Positions 58,701-64,000 of a stretch of 64,000 nucleotides of DNA are shown piece by piece. Under the pieces are notes generated by a model that did not search any database, was not told the origin of the DNA, and worked only from the letters and a program-made list of their open reading frames with translations. This DNA comes from Auanema rhodensis. Its lineage: Eukaryota; Animalia; Nematoda. The stretch lies in contig CAXKVF010000079.1 in the NCBI GenBank assembly GCA_964057225.1, positions 124,001 through 188,000 on the forward strand, in the 5' to 3' direction. Every line of letters starts with the position of its first letter. The stretch's first letter is position 1. The position numbers were made by a program, and so were the translations under genes.

Positions 58701-59400
58701 TGATATTGGTGCATGGTAACCATGACTTTGAAATTTACGTGAACTTTAATTTATGCTAATTAAATGTACACGTGATGTGCACTTGGTATGTAACTCGCTT
58801 CACGTGAAAGATAAAGAGATGCGGTTTTCAAAATTAGATTCCCCATGTCCATATTAGTCTAAAAACAAATTTTTATTGATATTGGTTCATGGTAACCATG
58901 TCTTTGAAATTTACGTGAACTTTAATTTGTGCTAATCAAATGTACACGTGATGTGCACTTGGTATGTAACTCGCTTCACGTGAAAGATAAAGAGATGCGG
59001 TTTTCAAAATTAGATTCCCCATGTCCATATTAGTCTAAAAAGAAATTTTTATTGATATTGGTTCATGGTAACCATGACTTTGAAATTTACGTGAACTTTA
59101 ATTTATGCTAATTAAATGTACACGTGATGTGCACTTGGTATGTAACTCGCTTCACGTGAAAGATAAAGAGATGCGGTTTTCAAAATTAGATTCCCCATGT
59201 CCATATTAGTCTAAAAACAAATTTTTATTGATATTGGTGCATGGTAACCATGACTTTGAAATTTACGTGAACTTTAATTCATGCTAATTAAATGTACACG
59301 TGATGTGCACTTGGTATGTAACTCGCTTCACGTGAAAGATAAAGAGATGCGGTTTTCAAAATTAGATTCCCCATGTCCATATTAGTCTAAAAACAAATTT
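52760..59400. repeat. 18-monomer (3168-bp) tandem duplication
   Basis: GCGGGTTTC 53545/56713, AAGAAATGC 54418/57586, TTTTTGAAA 55486/58654, TTTGTGCTAATCA 55761/58929 and CCTCATG 52859/56027 are each 3168 apart. Confidence 0.9.
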
Positions 59401-60640
59401 TTATTGATATTGGTGCATGGTAACCATGACTTTGAAATTTACGTGAACTTTAATTTATGCTAATTAAATGTACACGTGATGTGCACTTGGTATGTAACTC
59501 GCTTCACGTGAAAGATAAAGAGATGCGGTTTTTGAAATTAGATTCCCCATGTCCATATTAGTCTAAAAACAAATTTTTATTGATATTGGTGCATGGTAAC
59601 CATGACTTTGAAATTTACGTGAACTTTAATTTATGCTAATTAAATGTACACGTGATGTGCACTTGGTATGTAACTCGCTTCACGTGAAAGATAAAGAGAT
59701 GCGGTTTTCAAAATTAGATTCCCCATGTCCATATTAGTCTAAAAACAAATTTTTATTGATATTGGTTCATGGTAACCATGTCTTTGAAATTTACGTGAAC
59801 TTTAATTTGTGCTAATTAAATGTACACGTGATGTGCACTTGGTATGTAACTCGCTTCACGTGAAAGATAAAGAGATGCGGTTTTCAAAATTAGATTCCCC
59901 ATGTCCATATTAGTCTAAAAACAAATTTTTATTGATATTGGTTCATGGTAACCATGACTTTGAAATTTACGTGAACTTTAATTTATGCTAATTAAATGTA
60001 CACGTGATGTGCACTTGGTATGTAACTCGCTTCACGTGAAAGATAAAGAGATGCGGTTTTCAAAATTAGATTCCCCATGTCCATATTAGTCTAAAAACAA
60101 ATTTTTATTGATATTGGTGCATGGTAACCATGACTTTGAAATTTACGTGAACTTTAATTCATGCTAATTAAATGTACACGTGATGTGCACTTGGTATGTA
60201 ACTCGCTTCACGTGAAAGATAAAGAGATGCGGTTTTCAAAATTAGATTCCCCATGTCCATATTAGTCTAAAAACAAATTTTTATTGATATTGGTGCATGG
60301 TAACCATGACTTTGAAATTTACGTGAACTTTAATTTATGCTAATTAAATGTACACGTGATGTGCACTTGGTATGTAACTCGCTTCACGTGAAAGATAAAG
60401 AGATGCGGTTTTTGAAATTAGATTCCCCATGTCCATATTAGTCTAAAAACAAATTTTTATTGATATTGGTGCATGGTAACCATGACTTTGAAATTTACGT
60501 GAACTTTAATTTATGCTAATTAAATGTACACGTGATGTGCACTTGGTATGTAACTCGCTTCACGTGAAAGATAAAGAGATGCGGTTTTCAAAATTAGATT
60601 CCCCATGTCCATATTAGTCTAAAAACAAATTTTTATTGAT
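58100..60640. repeat. 5-monomer (880-bp) higher-order repeat, ~3 copies
   Basis: GGTTTTTGAAA occurs at 58654, 59534 and 60414. A23G occurs at 58929/59809. Confidence 0.8.
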
Positions 60641-63600
60641 ATTGGTGCATGGTAACCATGTCTTTGAAATTTACGTGAACTTTAATTCATGCTAATTAAA
60701 TGTACACGTGATGTGCACTTGGTATGTAACTCGCTTCACGTAAAAGATAAAGAGATGCGGTTTCAAAATTAGATTCCCCATGTCCATATTAGTCTAAAAA
60801 CAAATTTTTATTGATATTGGTTCATGGTAACCATGTCTTTGAAATTTACGTGAACTTTAATTTATGCTAATTAAATGTACACGTGATGTGCACTTGGTAT
60901 GTAACCCGCTTCACGTGAAAGATAAAGAGATGCGGTTTTCAAAATTAGATTCCCCATGTCCATATTAGTCTAAAAACAACTTTTTATTGATATTGGTGCA
61001 TGGTAACCATGACTTTGAAACTTACGTGAACTTTAATTTATGCTAATTAAATGTACACGTGATGTGCACTTGGTATGTAACTCGCTTCACGTGAAAGATA
61101 AAGAGATGCGGTTTTCAAAATTAGATTCCCCATGTCCATATTAGTCTAAAAACAAATTTTTATTGATATTGGTGCATGGTAACCATGACTTTGAAATTTA
61201 CGTGAACTTTAATTCATGCTAATTAAATGTACACGTGATGTGCTCTTGGTATGTAACTCGCTTCACGTAAAAGATAAAGAGATGCGGTTTTCAAAATTAG
61301 ATTCCCCATGTCCATATTAGTCTAAAAACAAATTTTTATTGATATTGGTTCGTGGTAACCATGTCTTTGAAATTTACGTGAACTTTAATTTATGCTAATT
61401 AAATGTACACGTGATGTGCACTTGGTATGTAACTCGCTTCACGTAAAAGATAAAGAGATGCGGTTTTCAAAATTAGATTCCCCATGTCCATATTAGTCTA
61501 AAAACAAATTTTTATTGATATTGGTTCATGGTAACCATGTCTTTGAAATTTACGTGAACTTTAATTTGTGCTAATTAAATGTACACGTGATGTGCACTTG
61601 GTATGTAACTCGCTTCACGTGAAAGATAAAGAGATGCGGTTTTCAAAATTAGATTCCCCATGTCCATATTAGTCTAAAAACAAATTTTTATTGATATTGG
61701 TTCATGGTAACCATGACTTTGAAATTTACGTGAACTTTAATTTATGCTAATTAAATGTACACGTGATGTGCACTTGGTATGTAACTCGCTTCACGTGAAA
61801 GATAAAGAGATGCGGTTTTCAAAATTAGATTCCCCATGTCCATATTAGTCTAAAAACAAATTTTTATTGATATTGGTGCATGGTAACCATGACTTTGAAA
61901 TTTACGTGAACTTTAATTCATGCTAATTAAATGTACACGTGATGTGCACTTGGTATGTAACTCGCTTCACGTGAAAGATAAAGAGATGCGGTTTTCAAAA
62001 TTAGATTCCCCATGTCCATATTAGTCTAAAAACAACTTTTTATTGATATTGGTGCATGGTAACCATGACTTTGAAACTTACGTGAACTTTAATTTATGCT
62101 AATTAAATGTACACGTGATGTGCACTTGGTATGTAACTCGCTTCACGTGAAAGATAAAGAGATGCGGTTTTCAAAATTAGATTCCCCATGTCCATATTAG
62201 TCTAAAAACAAATTTTTATTGATATTGGTGCATGGTAACCATGACTTTGAAATTTACGTGAACTTTAATTCATGCTAATTAAATGTACACGTGATGTGCT
62301 CTTGGTATGTAACTCGCTTCACGTAAAAGATAAAGAGATGCGGTTTTCAAAATTAGATTCCCCATGTCCATATTAGTCTAAAAACAAATTTTTATTGATA
62401 TTGGTTCGTGGTAACCATGTCTTTGAAATTTACGTGAACTTTAATTTATGCTAATTAAATGTACACGTGATGTGCACTTGGTATGTAACTCGCTTCACGT
62501 AAAAGATAAAGAGATGCGGTTTTCAAAATTAGATTCCCCATGTCCATATTAGTCTAAAAACAAATTTTTATTGATATTGGTTCATGGTAACCATGTCTTT
62601 GAAATTTACGTGAACTTTAATTTGTGCTAATTAAATGTACACGTGATGTGCACTTGGTATGTAACTCGCTTCACGTGAAAGATAAAGAGATGCGGTTTTC
62701 AAAATTAGATTCCCCATGTCCATATTAGTCTAAAAACAAATTTTTATTGATATTGGTTCATGGTAACCATGACTTTGAAATTTACGTGAACTTTAATTTA
62801 TGCTAATTAAATGTACACGTGATGTGCACTTGGTATGTAACTCGCTTCACGTGAAAGATAAAGAGATGCGGTTTTCAAAATTAGATTCCCCATGTCCATA
62901 TTAGTCTAAAAACAAATTTTTATTGATATTGGTGCATGGTAACCATGACTTTGAAATTTACGTGAACTTTAATTCATGCTAATTAAATGTACACGTGATG
63001 TGCACTTGGTATGTAACTCGCTTCACGTGAAAGATAAAGAGATGCGGTTTTCAAAATTAGATTCCCCATGTCCATATTAGTCTAAAAACAAATTTTTATT
63101 GATATTGGTGCATGGTAACCATGACTTTGAAATTTACGTGAACTTTAATTTATGCTAATTAAATGTACACGTGATGTGCACTTGGTATGTAACTCGCTTC
63201 ACGTGAAAGATAAAGAGATGCGGTTTTTGAAATTAGATTCCCCATGTCCATATTAGTCTAAAAACAAATTTTTATTGATATTGGTGCATGGTAACCATGA
63301 CTTTGAAATTTACGTGAACTTTAATTTATGCTAATTAAATGTACACGTGATGTGCACTTGGTATGTAACTCGCTTCACGTGAAAGATAAAGAGATGCGGT
63401 TTTCAAAATTAGATTCCCCATGTCCATATTAGTCTAAAAACAAATTTTTATTGATATTGGTGCATGGTAACCATGTCTTTGAAATTTACGTGAACTTTAA
63501 TTCATGCTAATTAAATGTACACGTGATGTGCACTTGGTATGTAACTCGCTTCACGTAAAAGATAAAGAGATGCGGTTTCAAAATTAGATTCCCCATGTCC

Positions 63601-64000
63601 ATATTAGTCTAAAAACAAATTTTTATTGATATTGGTTCATGGTAACCATGTCTTTGAAATTTACGTGAACTTTAATTTATGCTAATTAAATGTACACGTG
63701 ATGTGCACTTGGTATGTAACCCGCTTCACGTGAAAGATAAAGAGATGCGGTTTTCAAAATTAGATTCCCCATGTCCATATTAGTCTAAAAACAACTTTTT
63801 ATTGATATTGGTGCATGGTAACCATGACTTTGAAACTTACGTGAACTTTAATTTATGCTAATTAAATGTACACGTGATGTGCACTTGGTATGTAACTCGC
63901 TTCACGTGAAAGATAAAGAGATGCGGTTTTCAAAATTAGATTCCCCATGTCCATATTAGTCTAAAAACAAATTTTTATTGATATTGGTGCATGGTAACCA
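59770..64000. repeat. 10-monomer unit with a nested 6-monomer duplication (net 2815-bp offset), carrying a duplicated 1-bp deletion
   Basis: GCGGTTTCAAAA (T4 to T3) occurs at 60761/63576 and GTAACCCGC at 60906/63721. ACAACTTTTT occurs at 60980, 62036 and 63795. A23G occurs at 59809, 61568 and 62624. Confidence 0.85.

Larger units (their letters stand above)
1..64000. repeat. 176-bp tandem satellite DNA array (~364 monomers), centromere-like; extends beyond both window edges
   Basis: AAATTTACGTGAAC recurs at 1, 177, 353 and onward with a strict 176-bp period. Length arithmetic closes with only four deletions. Consensus GC is 56/176. There is no unique sequence and no orientation switch. Confidence 0.99.

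Noticed and set aside
1-64000. CRISPR array or other repeat-spacer system
   Set aside because: There are no unique spacers. The entire 176-bp unit is conserved and no cas or other genes are present.
1-64000. Variant pattern as an information code or the product of programmed diversification
   Set aside because: The order of variants is explained by nested tandem duplication of linked haplotypes, and nothing in the window encodes a diversifying enzyme.
1-64000. Pure assembly or sequencing artefact (concatemer of a single unit)
   Set aside because: Structured shared variants, spatial domains and private differences between duplicate blocks (e.g. 5427, 5576 and 6279 versus their copies 4400 bp upstream) indicate a real evolved array. 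Individual identical blocks still need read validation.

Overview
The whole 64,000-bp window is one uninterrupted head-to-tail satellite DNA array. It has a 176-bp monomer of about 32% GC, with 363 monomers plus 168 bp of a 364th, all in one orientation. Consensus: AAATTTACGTGAACTTTAATTTATGCTAATTAAATGTACACGTGATGTGCACTTGGTATGTAACTCGCTTCACGTGAAAGATAAAGAGATGCGGTTTTCAAAATTAGATTCCCCATGTCCATATTAGTCTAAAAACAAATTTTTATTGATATTGGTKCATGGTAACCATGWCTTTG. Monomers typically differ from consensus at 0-4 sites. Four deletions (1 bp at ~31176, 53 bp at 46710/46711, 1 bp at ~60761 and 1 bp at ~63576) account exactly for the register over the window: 64000+56 = 363x176+168. I see no genes, transposons, RNA genes or CRISPR. 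The seven 60-aa ORFs are single monomers that have lost one stop codon. Monomer length, AT richness, homogeneity and dyad symmetry fit a eukaryotic (peri)centromeric satellite. That is an inference, and I cannot identify the organism. The informative content lies in the rare variants. They show a mosaic of local, nested tandem duplications (offsets of 2 to 25 monomers) instead of a fixed higher-order repeat, spatial variant domains, linked haplotypes that cross the monomer junction, and one 53-bp 'deletion' that looks like the out-of-register junction of a 475-bp duplication. Variant labels such as G161A use monomer positions counted from window position 1. Block boundaries are approximate because they were read by eye.
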